Positions 47,491 through 59,696 of a stretch of DNA of 64,000 bases are shown piece after piece. Both the position numbers and the translations under genes were made by a program. Location: positions 165,135 to 229,134 of the forward strand of contig NIVC01001163.1 in assembly GCA_002269645.1 (NCBI GenBank), in the 5' to 3' direction. Each line of letters opens with the position of its first letter. Positions within the stretch are counted from its first letter, which is position 1. The notes under the pieces are model-generated. The model ran no database searches and had not been told where the DNA came from. It worked only from the letters and a program-made list of their open reading frames with translations. The DNA is from Macrostomum lignano (lineage: Eukaryota).

Positions 47491-48239
47491 TGGTGCTCCT
47501 GTCTTAAGAGGCAAGGAGGACTCAAGAACTGCAGGACAGTAAAATTTGTCTCGAAATACATTTGACGGTCTTTGAACTTACAGATGTCATTATAAGCTCA
47601 TAGCTATTTTATTGCAGTGTTCAGTTCTTAGAACAGGTAAGACCGTGACTGCTTGTACGCACAGTGAGATTCCGCCCTGATAACTCCCGCGCCAGCCTCT
47701 CTGCATCCTCTCGAATCCACAGGCCAGCCCGGCCCGGGAGCCACTAATTGGAATTCCAGTCTCCAGCCTCACAGATCTTACCCTGCCCACTTCCTCCTCA
47801 TCGCAGCCTTAATTAACCTGAGCCATCCCGCGGCTGTGCTCACAGCCTTCTCTTGTCTCTCTCTCTCTCGAAGGAGAAACACGAACCGAAATGGGATTAG
47901 CAAATGGGGATTTAAGCTCGGCTGGGGAAGATTAAACAGACTCGATCCTCCTTTCGACGCCTCCAGTCGCGGTTTCAACGTTTCTATTTTTCCTGACTGC
48001 ACTGCACTTCTTTACGGCAGTGCTCAAGAGCTTATTCAGTGCTGCTGGCTTCCAGTTCATTTGGCTGCTTCACACAGCTCCACAACATCTAATAGCGTCT
48101 GTTGTGCGAGTGGATGAGAAATGGGAGATAGGGGTGAATAAATAAATAAAGAAAGTGAGAGGGAGACTGGCAGATAAAAGAGAGATGAGGAGAGTGGATA
48201 GAGGGTGATGTAAAAAGGGAGAAAGGGAGGGAGAAAGGG

Positions 48240-48400
48240 AGAGAGTGAGAGAGGTAGAGAGGTAGAGAGGTAGAGAGGGAGAGAGGTAGAGAGGGAGAGA
48301 GGTAGAGAGGGAGAGAGTGAGAGAGGTAGAGAGGTAGAGAGGGAGAGAGGTAGAGAGGTAGAGAGGTAGAGAGGTAGAGAGGTAGAGAGTGAGAGGTAGG
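48240..48400. repeat. GAGAGGTA low-complexity repeat
   Basis: Visible. Confidence 0.85.
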
Positions 48401-48572
48401 GAGGCACACAGGGAGGACACAGGGAGGCAGCGAGTGCAGCATTGCCGCGAGCGAGACTTTTCCTAGGTTCACTGACCCCCATCTCACTCCCAGGGGGTCA
48501 GCTGCCCCCGTCTCGCGGTCCCGAGTACACTGCAGGCACAGCAGAATTGAGTCCCTCTCTCCACCGCGCCAG

Positions 48573-48928
48573 GCTTCATCGAGTACATAGTAGAGCCGTG
48601 CTTCCACACGCTGCTGCAGCTGCTGCAGAGCGTGAAGTTCCTGCTGAATCCGCCGCGCCAGACGGCGCCAGGGGCCGACAGCAACGGCGAGAGTGGCAGC
48701 AGCCGTGGCGGCGATGACGAGGATGGCGAGGTGACGGGCAGCCGGCCGACCAACCCGACACCGGACACGATGGACCGGCTACGCGACCTGCACGACTGGG
48801 ACGTGCTGAGCATCCTGTGCTCCAACCGCGACCGCTGGCGCGACCTCGCCGAGTCGGAGAAACGACGAGTCGCCGTCATTGACGAAGTCAACGAAGAAGA
48901 AGAGCAAGAAGAAGAGGCGGAGAACTAA
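48573..48928 (+). CDS. PDE1: PDE1 exon 5 (catalytic C-terminus, acidic tail, stop)
   Basis: ctctccaccgcgccag acceptor (phase 1); GFIEYIVEPCFHTL...NRDRWRDLAE...EEEEAEN*. Confidence 0.9.
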
Positions 48929-50510
48929 AACTTGAATGACTGCACGCCCGTGTAGCACCCTAGATACAGTTGCTATGTCAGCACCTGCTGCAGAGTTTGT
49001 ATGTATTGCTTCTGCCAGGCAAAGTGAGGAAAGTGAGTGAGCACAGCGGGAGACGGATAATCTGATTGTGTGTGTGCTATGAGAGTGAGGGAGACTGGAG
49101 AGAGAGGGGGGTAGTAGCAGTATAGATGCAGAGGACTCAAAGAGCCCTAGCGCACAAGCGCTCGCGGAAAACCGATGAGGGGAGGCGCATGGCCTCGCCA
49201 GCAGGCAGGGACGAGGAGAGTCATGGTGCCGGCTAGTCCTCGGGGAACATGGCTCCTGCGGCGTGCGACGACAGAACCGCCTTCTTCCTTCGAGCTGGTG
49301 GAAAAAGAGATAGGGGAGAGAGAGGGAGAGGGAGACTGGATGATAGGGGGGATAGAGGAAAGAAGGAAACTGCAATGAGTTTAAAGCTCATGGCTCAATC
49401 TCCCATTAATCATAGCGCAGGGTGCAGCTGTCTATGGCCAAAGCTCTGACTGTGCATTTATTTATGAATGCCCAGATTCCCAACTTGGCCTAATTAAAGC
49501 AATATTTAGTGACCATGAATTAAAAATCAAAACAAGCAGCGCTTAATCATATCATCATTGATAACCAAAGTAGACGGACTCCACACTTAGAAACCGCTGG
49601 AGGTCTGAGATAGGAAGTGACGGGGCTGTGAATTATCATGAATTTTTACCTGATCTTAAGCATTGAACAATCTAAAATGATGGGTTCCCGATTCACCAAT
49701 AGATTGCTCACTTTTGCTCCTAAGATGCATGCTTTTGCAATTCCCTTCTCAATGCAATGTACAGGCCGTCAACGTTTTCCCCTTTTTCCACTTGTACGCT
49801 GACGCAGTGGCGTAGCCAGGATTTCTATCTGGGGGGGGGGGCACAGTCAAGGTCATTGTTGAGAATAATTTCACCCAGACATAATGGCAATTAGTTTTCA
49901 GCCATTGATCCACTGTTGCTCCACAATGTACATTTGCACAATGTACAAAATCATCACGTGACTGCTTTCCGCCCAAAGATAATGCAGGAAAAGCTGTCAC
50001 GTGATGAAATTTGTACATTCGGTAAGTGTACATTGTGGAGCATAAAGAACATCTATCTCACTTTTATTTTACATAAGTAATAAGCTCGCTTTTAAAGGTG
50101 AACCAGTCGACCATTTTTTTCAAATTTGAACCATTCGATAGAGGAAGTTTTGGCGTTAATTTGGTACATTTTGTTACAAAAAATATCTTTAACTCAAGAC
50201 TTCATTTTGACCGATGTAATAAATTTCAAGGCTTCCAAGCCACTCTGAGTTAAAGCGAATTGAGATTGTTTCACTGCACACTGCCTATGCTGCAATGCAT
50301 TCTCTTACATCACCCTGTGGTCCAAGGTAAAAAGTGGCTTTTTTAGTTAGACTGAATCATTTCAAAATCTTCTTGCAGGTAAAAGGTAAATGTAAAAATA
50401 AGTGCCTGCATGTTTTTCTCACACCGGTCATCAACAGGCGGGTCTAGGTCGTTGGTTCGAATCTGCATAGAAGAATTGATGAGACATTGAAATATTGAAA
50501 TTACGAATTA

Positions 50511-50995
50511 CGTTGCTGAGATGCCATGGCTCGCGGGGAGAGTTGCTGAGATGCCATGGCTCACTGGGAGAGTTGCTGAGATGCCATGGCTCACGGGGAG
50601 AGTTGCTGAGATGCCATGGCTCACGGGGAGAGTTGCTGAGATGCCAAGGCTCACGGGGAGAGTTGCTGAGATGCCAAGGCTCACGGGGAGAGTTGCTGAG
50701 ATGCCATGGCTCACGGGGAGAGTTGCTGAGATGCCATGGCTCACGGGGAGAGTTGCTGAGATGCCATGGCTCACTGGGAGAGTTGCTGAGATGCCATGGC
50801 TCACTGGGAGAGTTGCTGAGATGCCATGGCTCACGGGGAGAGTTGCTGAGATGCCATGGCTCACTGGGAGAGTTGCTGAGATGCCATGGCTCACGGGGAG
50901 AGTTGCTGAGATGCCATGGCTCACGGGGAGAGTTGTTGAGATGCCATGGCTCACGGGGAGAGTTGCTGAGATGCCATGGCTCACGGGGAAAGTTG
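50511..50995. repeat. 30 bp minisatellite GTTGCTGAGATGCCATGGCTCACGGGGAGA, about 16 copies
   Basis: Visible. Confidence 0.96.
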
Positions 50996-51502
50996 TTAGC
51001 AGGCCAAGTAGCAAAGGGGAGTTAGGGTTGAGCCATGGCTTAAAGATAGGCTTTGAGGCCAAAGCTCACAGGGGATGCTGATATCTTTAAGATACATGTA
51101 GCTGGATTCAGTGCTGATGCTTTTTGCTTTAAACATCATTTTCCTTTCCTACATCACCCCTATACTAAAACTAGTTTGTCTCTATCTAGGTATCTATGTG
51201 ATCGATTTCAGAAAAATACGGCTCAACCGATTTTTAAGAGACGATACATACGAGTTTATTGTGGCTAAGAAATTGCTCAATACTACGAGTAAAACTAAAA
51301 GGATTTAATAGTCAAAAAACATGCTTTCTGGCAAAGGTCAAGCATACTTTTCGACTATGCTAGAGAAAAAACCGACTTACTGAAATCTGATAAAGAAAAA
51401 GACTGCATCGCAGGAGGCCTTTTATTTATGAGTATCGACACTTTACTGGCTGAATTGCGAGTTCGACTTGAATGGCGTCACAGTGTTGAGAACACTGTGT
51501 GG

Positions 51503-51752
51503 AACAACAACAACAACAAAGTACGCGACCCCGCAAGCAGTCAGTTAAAGCAGGGCGCGTCAGATGGCGCGCCGCAGAGCCTGTGAGCGAACGAAGTCCG
51601 CTCCGTTGGCGGTGTCGGGCGCCCCAGCGTCGCACAGCAGGCAGTCCACGTATCGACGGGTTCGGGCCTCTCACCCCGCCTGAATGGGCCTGTAAGGTGA
51701 GCAGCAGGACGTCCTAAACAGGTTGGGAGCAGTAGCCCTCGGCCCGGATCAC
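51503..51752 (-). mobile_element. RTE-like LINE 3' end with (TTG)n tail
   Basis: VIRAEGYCSQPV*DVLLLTLQ / RRYVDCLLCDAGAPDTANGADFVRSQALRRAI* followed by TTG repeats. Confidence 0.85.
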
Positions 51753-52074
51753 TTCACATCTTATCAATTCCCCAATAAATCTTCTGTGTGCGACATTGTT
51801 CTGTTGTTGAATTAACGAACGCAGGTGTAAAATTATCCGGGCGCGCAGTGGCACCAAGGGCGGCTCGTTATGCACGCGGGGAAGGAAAGTTCTAGAAAGA
51901 CCGGGAGAGGAAACTTCTGGAACTATGCGTAAACAAGTCCTGCTGTGGAAGTTAGAAACCCTGTCCCCGAACTATCCCTACGCATTGCATGCCTTTGCAA
52001 TACACAACAGACATACATGTGTTTTTTATTCATTTTATTTTTATACATGCATACATTTATTTTTGACATGACAC

Positions 52075-52760
52075 TACTATGTTTGTCATGACGCTTCTTT
52101 GTTTTTCATGACGCTTCTATGTTTGTCATGACGCTTCTATGTTTTTCATGACGCTTCTTTGTTTTTCATGACGCTTCTATGTTTGTCATGACGCTTCTAT
52201 GTTTTTCATGACGCTTCTTTGTTTTTCATGACGCTTCTTTGTTTTTCATGACGCTTCTATGTTTTTCATGACGCTTTTATGTTTTTCATGACGCTTTTAT
52301 GTTTTTCATGACGCTTCTTTGTTTTTCATGACGCTTCTTTGTTTTTCATGACGCTTCTATGTTTTTCATGACGCTTTTATGTTTTTCATGACGCTTTTAT
52401 GTTTTTCATGACGCTTCTATGTTTTTCATGACGCTTCTTTGTTTTTCATGACGCTTCTATGTTTTTCATGACGCTTTTATGTTTTTCATGACGCTTCTTG
52501 TTTTTTTGTGACGCTTTTTCTGTTTGTCATGACGCTTTTTTATATCTGTCATGACGCATTTTTATATCTGTCATGACGCTTTTTTATATCTGTCATGACG
52601 CTTTTTTATATCTGTCATGACGCTTTTTTATATCTGTCATGACGCTTTTTTATATCTGTCATGACGCTTTTTTATATCTGTCATGACGCTTCTTATAGTT
52701 TGTCATGATGATTTTTCTGTTTGTCATGACGCTTCTATGTTTGTCATGACGGTTTTTTAT
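52075..52760. repeat. 20-22 bp minisatellite built on CATGACGCTT
   Basis: Visible. Confidence 0.95.
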
Positions 52761-53080
52761 GTTTGAAATGAAAAGGCGCTTATTTTATTCTTCTCACTTC
52801 ATCACTTAAAAAAGCTTTTAATAAAAAAATTACACTTTCATTAGCAGTTTAGTCTGTTTCACATCTATAGGCAAGCTCTCAGAACATGAACCGTATAGCA
52901 CTTTACGACGCTCGTAAATGATAATTTAACACTCGCATCAAGCCAGTTCGAGTAAAAGTGACAAGAAGTAGTTATGACGTAATCGATTTCTCAGTCAGTC
53001 AGCACCAGTAGTCTCCATTACGTCGTAAGGTTAAAATGTGGCTACGCATTCTAAATTGTCTTGTGCTATGTTTCCACACT

Positions 53081-53774
53081 GTCGCCCTGGGCGACACGCT
53101 GGCGCCGTTCCTCTTCGTGCTGCTGCTAGACTGGGTGCTCCGGTCCGCACTCCCCTCGGCTGACGACGGCTTCCTGCTGCGCAGACGCATCCGTCGCCGC
53201 CACGGCGAAAATCGCCTGAGCGTGCTTGGCTACGCCGACAAACTCGCCCTCCCGTCCTCATCCGTTGAAGGCGCCCAGCGTCAGATCGACAGGCTGGTCG
53301 AGGTGGAATCGAGCGTCGGTCTGGTTGTCAATACGCTGAAGACCGAGGTGCTGACATCCCAGCGGACCTGACGTGCCGCGGCGCAGACGGGCAGACGACC
53401 AGGCTCGCACGCTGCCAGCGGTTCACCTACCTCGGCGGTCTGGTGCCTCACGTGGAGGAAGACCTCCGGCGGCGCAGAGGACTTGCCTGGGCGGCCTTCG
53501 TTCGATCCGAGCCGTCGTCTAGTCCGAAGCGCTGCCCGACCGCCAGAGGGCTCAGCTGTGGCAAGCGGTGGTCGAAACCGCCCTGCTCTACAACTCCGAG
53601 ACGTGGACGCTGACGGCTACGCTAGAGCGGCAGCTGGACTCGGCGCACTCAGGGCTGCTCCGTGCGGCCTTTCGAGCTGACGAGAGCGTCGGGACCGAGG
53701 CCCTGCACGATCGGGCCAAGCTGCGGGGCCCGTCCACCATCCTGCGCCGGCGGCGACTTCAACTGGCGGGCCAC
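53081..53774 (+). mobile_element. 5'-truncated RTE-like LINE reverse transcriptase fragment (degenerate)
   Basis: GDTLAPFLFVLLLDWVLR, GYADKLAL (YADD motif mutated), GLVVNTLKTEV, FTYLGG, LLYNSETWTLT, RRRRLQLAGH; several frameshifts. Confidence 0.9.
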
Positions 53775-55581
53775 GGCTCGGGGTGAGAATCGCTATATAC
53801 ATGTACAGTACAGTGTGTAATGCTGTGATTTGGGGTAATTAATGGCTGAAATGTCAAGGCTGAGGGGGGATTGTTGAGATGTTAATTCTAGTTTATTCAA
53901 AAATTCTATTCCATATTCTGTCTCCCCAAAAGGGGCCGTGATTGCCACTTGGGTCAAGACCTCCCCCCCCAGCTGCTGGTTACGTCACGCGCTTAATCAC
54001 ACGCAAACTCAGTCAAGAGGTTTTGATCGATACGAGCTTGGCATGGAACATATGTAGCAACAACTTTATATAATATATTTTCCAAGAAAGTATCCAAGAA
54101 GGTATCTACATGTAGTTTCTTGTAGTCTTTGTTCGACCATTCGATCGCACTAAAATATATTATAGTAAGAGGGCCGAAAAATATTCTTATGCCCATTCGA
54201 CATTCTTCATTTGAAATGACTCGCAGGAACTCGGGATCCGACAGCGAGAGCGCCGCTCTGGAGCCTTAAGTTAACATTGGATCCCCATTTATCCCATATT
54301 ATCCCACTGCATGGGGTCAAGTGAGACATATACATGTACACTATAGCGATGACTCAGACTAAAGACCCATGCGTGTACGGCATCGCAGTCTATAATATAT
54401 CAAAAAGCCTTGAGCCTTTAGCTGTCATACCTAGGAAAGTTAATATAATATAATAATAAACACTTGAATAATTCTACTTTGTTTAACTGTGAACGACGAA
54501 AGTAGAACAAAAGGAACGAACGGATTTGAAAACCGAGTTTTTTATTTTTTTGAAAAGCCGCACGGAGCGACATGCCGAACGGCTAAGAAGAGGTGAATGA
54601 AAATAGAAAAAAATATGTCGAAAAAAATAAGCTGAGAAAACGAAAAACTGGCGACACGCGCAAATGGAGAGTTGGTAAAACAAATCGTAAAATATCGAAT
54701 TATAACAAAGACAACAGTTGGGGCAAAACACAGAGTGATTCGCAGTTTAATAAGAAAAATAGCTTTTTTGTAAGACACAAAAGCAGATAAAAATTGAATT
54801 GCGATTACGTTGAATATATCATTTGTTTTAATCAGTTTAAAAGCATAATTATTTAAACGAAGCTTAAATGGCATTATTTTTTTCCCTGATAAGCAAGGCG
54901 TTGTAAATTTAGAGTTTTACTTTATTTTTACTGCTATACCCCAGATATAGTGACTTTCATGTAGGGATTATAATCTGCTTATATAAAAAAGTGTAGCCTT
55001 GCTTTTGTGTGAAGGTCCTGTCGTCCTGGGTAAATTATGCAGAACAGGCTTTTGCATCTTTTGCATGCTTCCATATTTTTATTAAAAAGCATAGAAAACT
55101 AGCTCGTAGTTAACTAATAATAAAGTCGGTCAGGATATGCATTCTTTTTATATGGATTTATAAGCTAGTTCATAAAGCATGTTTTTTTAATGTATGTGTA
55201 AAGATGTCTGAATTAAAAAATCATTTAAACGCCCATCATTGCCAATGATTTTGTTTTTAATGCTAAGCTTAAGAGTTGATAAATTAACATAAAAAGCCAA
55301 TTAATAAATAAATTTTTGTCGTTAGGTAAAACAGTTCAACTAGACAAAATTTGAAAAACTATATTTTTATAAATGATGAGCACAGTCTCAAAAAGTTAGG
55401 GTTCAAAATGTAAAATTAAAAGTGAATGCAATGCACTCCATAAAAGTACAATGCTCATAAGTCGATACGAAACATTGCACTATAAAATTGTGCTTAAAAA
55501 AGTAGGCTTAAAAATTAGAAAAAAAATTCAAATTAAAAAGAAAAACGCCTACTGCCAGTAGTAGCAAAAGTCAATGGCATG

Positions 55582-55743
55582 TCACATGTCATGCTGATAA
55601 AATAGAATTGTAAAAAAGCATGTTTTTGGCACAAAGCCAGCACCAGATCGGCAGAGGCTCTGAGGCTTATCCAGGAATAAACCACCATGGTCTTCCAGGT
55701 GGACAGCCGGCCCCAGGGCACGGAGACGCGCCAGCAGTGAGGC
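55582..55743 (-). CDS. OTUD4/ALG13/otu-family gene, terminal exon
   Basis: ctcaacttcag acceptor, phase 0; ASLLARLRALGPAVHLEDHGG...HDM*. Confidence 0.55.
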   Translation of the reverse strand, partial: ASLLARLRALGPAVHLEDHGGLFLDKPQSLCRSGAGFVPKTCFFTILFYQHDM

Positions 55744-56384
55744 CTGAAGTTGAGAGATTATGCTAATTGCAAAGATAATTTAAAATGTTGATAGATTGAT
55801 TCAAAGGGCATACTTTTCTCGCAATAAAAGCAATTCTCTTACGTAGGAAAACTTCGATTAAATGAAGAACTCGGAAGGCCTGAAGAAATAGAAAAATTAA
55901 ATTATAGTTATGCCTTGTATCTTGTGAATAAATATTGGTAAGCTGGAGTTTGGGACAATAAAAGTTTTATGTCAATAACGTTATGCAATTTGTAAGATCA
56001 ATATGCCATGGACAGCGATCAGCACAGGGACCACTGTGGCATAAACAAGACGCAAAACTTAATGATAGGATTGATAGTGTAACTTTTGTAGGCTAATTAC
56101 CTGGAAAAATACACTGCGGAGATAGGAAAATCATTTTTTTATCACAAAATCAATGATTGCATTTGATCTGGGGCAGTGAAGATTACCATTCTTTTAAATT
56201 AGCATGCACATCGTGTGTTACTCTGTTGTACTTTTATATAGTTCCATTTAAATGCATATTAAAGTAGCTATTTCTAGAGCTGTTTACCAATGCTTACCAA
56301 TTTCATTGCACTGATCTTGAAACTTATCCATATCCATATGTCCTCCCTAAACCTTCCCGTAGCCTAGGAAAATATTGCGCTCAC

Positions 56385-56638
56385 CTGAACGCCAGTATTA
56401 TAATAGAAGCGCAAAGTGGATGGACTGCGGCAGTGCAGGTCACTAGCCAGCTGGCACAGGCTGAAGCCGGCCCCATAGTCTATGGTCGGATCCGCCAGGT
56501 TCACAAAGGGCGGCCTGTGCAACAGGTGGAAAATTCCGGACCCGCTGTCAACCTGCCTGCTGCCGCAGTCGCTGATGTTGTTATTCTCGTCCAACCGGTT
56601 TGCGACCGCAACTTCTCGGCAGAGAGTGCTGCCAGAGT
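56385..56638 (-). CDS. OTUD4/ALG13/otu-family gene, exon with second FYNxGV motif
   Basis: ttacaccccag acceptor, CAG|GTGAG donor; FSLCQLASDLHCRSPSTLRFYYNTGVQ. Confidence 0.75.
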
Positions 56639-56725
56639 CTGGGGTGTAATTTCAGGGTGTAAGTTTTCTAAGAATTATCTAAGAAATAGTATAACTAGTA
56701 CAAAAAATCTGTAGGCCGCACTCAC

Positions 56726-56783
56726 CCATAGTAGGCTGCATAGTAGTATAGAACGATTCGAAATTTCGAAGGCAGTACAAAGT
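56726..56783 (-). CDS. OTUD4/ALG13/otu-family gene, 58 nt exon
   Basis: atttactttgtag acceptor, G|GTGAGT donor; supplies the phase 0->1 shift needed to join its neighbours (TLYCLRNFESFYTTMQPTM). Confidence 0.55.
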
Positions 56784-56914
56784 CTACAAAGTAAATTGGT
56801 AATGCATTACGCCCTTAACGTTTCTTACTTTACCTGTCAATCAATTTAAATATTCATGGCATTTGGCTCTGTTAGCTGTCTCTGCTATTTTAAAGTCTAT
56901 TTTGGTTTTAGGCC

Positions 56915-57685
56915 TATAAACTTCAGGGCTTGCACTCCATTCTCTCAGGTATATTCAGGAAGCCTACAAACTTCAGGGCTTGCACTCTATTCTCTCAGGT
57001 ATATTCAGGAAGCCTACAAACTTCAGGGCTTGCACTCCATTCCCTCAGGTATATTCAGGAAGCCTACAAACTTCAGGGCTTGCACTCCATTCCCTCAGGT
57101 ATATTCAGGAAGCCTGACAAACTTCAGGGCTTGCACTCTATTCTCTCAGGTATATTCAGGAAGCCTACAAACTTCAGGGCTTGCACTCCATTCCCTCAGG
57201 TATATTCAGGAAGCCTACAAACTTCAGGGCTTGCACTCCATTCCCTCAGGTATATTCAGGAAGCCTGACAAACTTCAGGGCTTGCACTCCATTCCCTCAG
57301 GTATATTCAGGAAGTCTACAAACTTCAGGGCTTGCACTCCATTCCCTCAGGTATATTCAGGAAGCCTACAAACTTCAGGGCTTGCACTCCATTCCCTCAG
57401 GTATATTCAGGAAGTCTACAAACTTCAGGGCTTGCACTCCATTCCCTCAGGTATATTCAGGAAGCCTACAAACTTCAGGGCTTGCACTCCATTCCCTCAG
57501 GTATATTCAGGAAGCCTGACAAACTTCAGGGCTTGCACTCCATTCCCTCAGGTATATTCAGGAAGTCTACAAACTTCAGGGCTTGCACTCCATTCCCTCA
57601 GGTATATTCAGGAAGTCTACAAACTTCAGGGCTTGCACTCCATTCCCTCAGGTATATTCAGGAAGCCTACAAACTTCAGGGCTTG
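56915..57685. repeat. 50 bp intronic minisatellite, about 15 copies
   Basis: AAACTTCAGGGCTTGCACTCCATTCCCTCAGGTATATTCAGGAAGCCTAC. Confidence 0.96.
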
Positions 57686-57743
57686 CTTCTCAAGCTCCAT
57701 AAAACCCAGTCCAAGCAAGCAGCGCTGTAAGATTAAGACGAAC

Positions 57744-57990
57744 CTGCACTCCCAAGTTGTAGAAGAAAACCACAGTGATGGGAGTCAAGCAGAGCAGATC
57801 GGAGCCCCGGGGACAGCAGCTGAAGCCGGAGTCCAGCTGGATGGGCAGCCTAGGCAGCAGCGGGTGGGGCACCGGAACCGGCGCCATGGCCAGGGAGGCT
57901 ATCAGCGATGGCAGGCTGAATTGGCGGCGAATCGGTGGCGCTGGTGGCGGCGCGAACAGAAGAGCTCGGGTGCACTGCGGCTGCGGTGGT
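57744..57990 (-). CDS. OTUD4/ALG13/otu-family gene, Pro-rich exon with first FFYNLGV motif
   Basis: ggaccctcag acceptor (phase 2); FSCCPRGSDLLCLTPITVVFFYNLGVQ resembles the OTUD4/ALG13 G.DLP....LRFFYNLGVKA motif. Confidence 0.8.
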
Positions 57991-58049
57991 CTGAGGGTCC
58001 AGGGCAGGGCGTGAAGATAAATTACAGAGCATTATAAATGGAATTCGAC

Positions 58050-58970
58050 TGTCAGCAATGCCACAGTCACAATATCTGACTGTCAGCAATGCCAAATGTG
58101 TCACAATATCTGACTGTCAGCAATGCCAAATGTGTCACAATATCTGACTGTCAGCAATGCTAATGTGTCACAATATCTGACTGTCAGCAATGCCACTGTG
58201 TCACAATATCTGACTGTCAGCAATGCCACTGTGTCACAATATCTGACTGTCAGCAATGCCACTGTGTCACAATATCTGACTGTCAGCAATGCCACAGTCA
58301 CAATATCTGACTGCCAGCAATGCCAAATGTGTCACAATATCTGACTGTCAGCAATGCCACTGTGTCACAATATCTGACTGTCAGCAATGCCACTGTCACA
58401 ATATCTGACTGTCAGCAATGCCAAATGTGTCACAATATCTGACTGTCAGCAATGCCACTGTGTCACAATATCTGACTGTCAGCAATGCCACTGTCACAAT
58501 ATCTGACTGTCAGCAATGCCATTGTGTCACAATATCTGACTGTCAGCAATGCCACTGTGTCACAATATCTGACTGTCAGCAATGCCACTGTCACAATATC
58601 TGACTGTCAGCAATGCCATTGTGTCACAATATCTGACTGTCAGCAATGCCACAGTCACAATATCTGACTGCCAGCAATGCCAAATGTGTCACAATATCTG
58701 ACTGTCAGCAATGCCACTGTGTCACAATATCTGACTGTCAGCAATGCCACTGTCACAATATCTGACTGTCAGCAATGCCAAATGTGTCACAATATCTGAC
58801 TGTCAGCAATGCCACTGTCACAATATCTGACTGTCAGCAATGCCATTGTGTCACAATATCTGACTGTCAGCAATGCCATTGTGTCACAATATCTGACTGT
58901 CAGCAATGCCACTGTCACAATATGACCTTCAGCAATGCCACTGTCACAATATCTGACCTTCAGCAATGCC
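58050..58970. repeat. 31-33 bp intronic minisatellite TGTCACAATATCTGACTGTCAGCAATGCCAC
   Basis: Visible. Confidence 0.96.
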
Positions 58971-59117
58971 ACTCTCTCACTGTAAATAATTAATCTTTAA
59001 CACACAAAATAGCTAGTCAAATGAATGCATTGTCATTCGCTACAATGCTCAATATTATTATGCTTTACAATATTCAGTCAGATAGTACAATATATTATAT
59101 ATAAGGACTAAACTTAC

Positions 59118-59220
59118 CCAGCAGAGCAGCCTAACACTGGCCTCTCATTTATGGACTTGTTCACCTGGCAGACTTTAGGCTTGCTAATGTTCGGCAACTT
59201 GTTGGATCCGGTGTCCACTT
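59118..59220 (-). CDS. OTUD4/ALG13/otu-family gene, 103 nt exon
   Basis: tttttaccttcag acceptor, GG|GTAAGT donor, phases 1/2 fit both neighbours; EVDTGSNKLPNISKPKVCQVNKSINERPVLGCSAG. Confidence 0.7.
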
Positions 59221-59291
59221 CTGAAGGTAAAAAAGAAAAAATTTTTGTCATCGCCTGACACTGAAACAGTGCCGCCTGCTGTGACCCATAC

Positions 59292-59607
59292 CTGTCAGTT
59301 CCTGAGGCCTGTGTCCCTGGCGCTGCAAGTGTGCAGAGCCGTGATTAAGGCCGGACCTATCGTGCCAGTGAACGTCAGCCTTCAGACCGAGAGCGAGGCG
59401 CAGGTTTGCCACGGCCGGCCTCGAAGGCGTTGACGTGGCCGCAGCGGTGGCAGTCAGCGATGCTGAATTGGCCGAAGCAATCGGCATCAGCGGGCGGCCG
59501 AACGAAGACAGGCGGCAGAAAGGCAACTCGGCGCACCGGCCGGTGCCAGTGTCACCGTCTGGCTCATTGGGCAGGCAGACAATGCAGCTGCTGGTGTCCG
59601 CGCACAC
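59292..59607 (-). CDS. OTUD4/ALG13/otu-family gene, exon completing the Tudor-like region
   Basis: ctcacccgcttcag acceptor, G|GTATGG donor; VCADTSSCIVCLPNE...AELPFCRLSSF. Confidence 0.7.
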
Positions 59608-59696
59608 CTGAAGCGGGTGAGTTGCACTTTTTGTTGTAAAATTGCTAATGGGGATTGCAGTGCGGTGCTGTTAAGCCGCAGTTGAATGAACAGAGG

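Noticed and set aside
50440-50470. Isolated B box GGTTCGAATC
   Set aside because: No A box or cloverleaf around it.
50495-51081. Perfect 10-residue repeat proteins (EMPWLTGRVA etc.)
   Set aside because: A 30 bp unit keeps frames open on both strands; no splice or start context and no unique domain.
49805-53990. hAT-like termini CAGTGGCGTAGCCAG ... CTGGTTACGTCAC enclosing 4.2 kb
   Set aside because: Mismatched ends, no 8 bp target duplication, no transposase.
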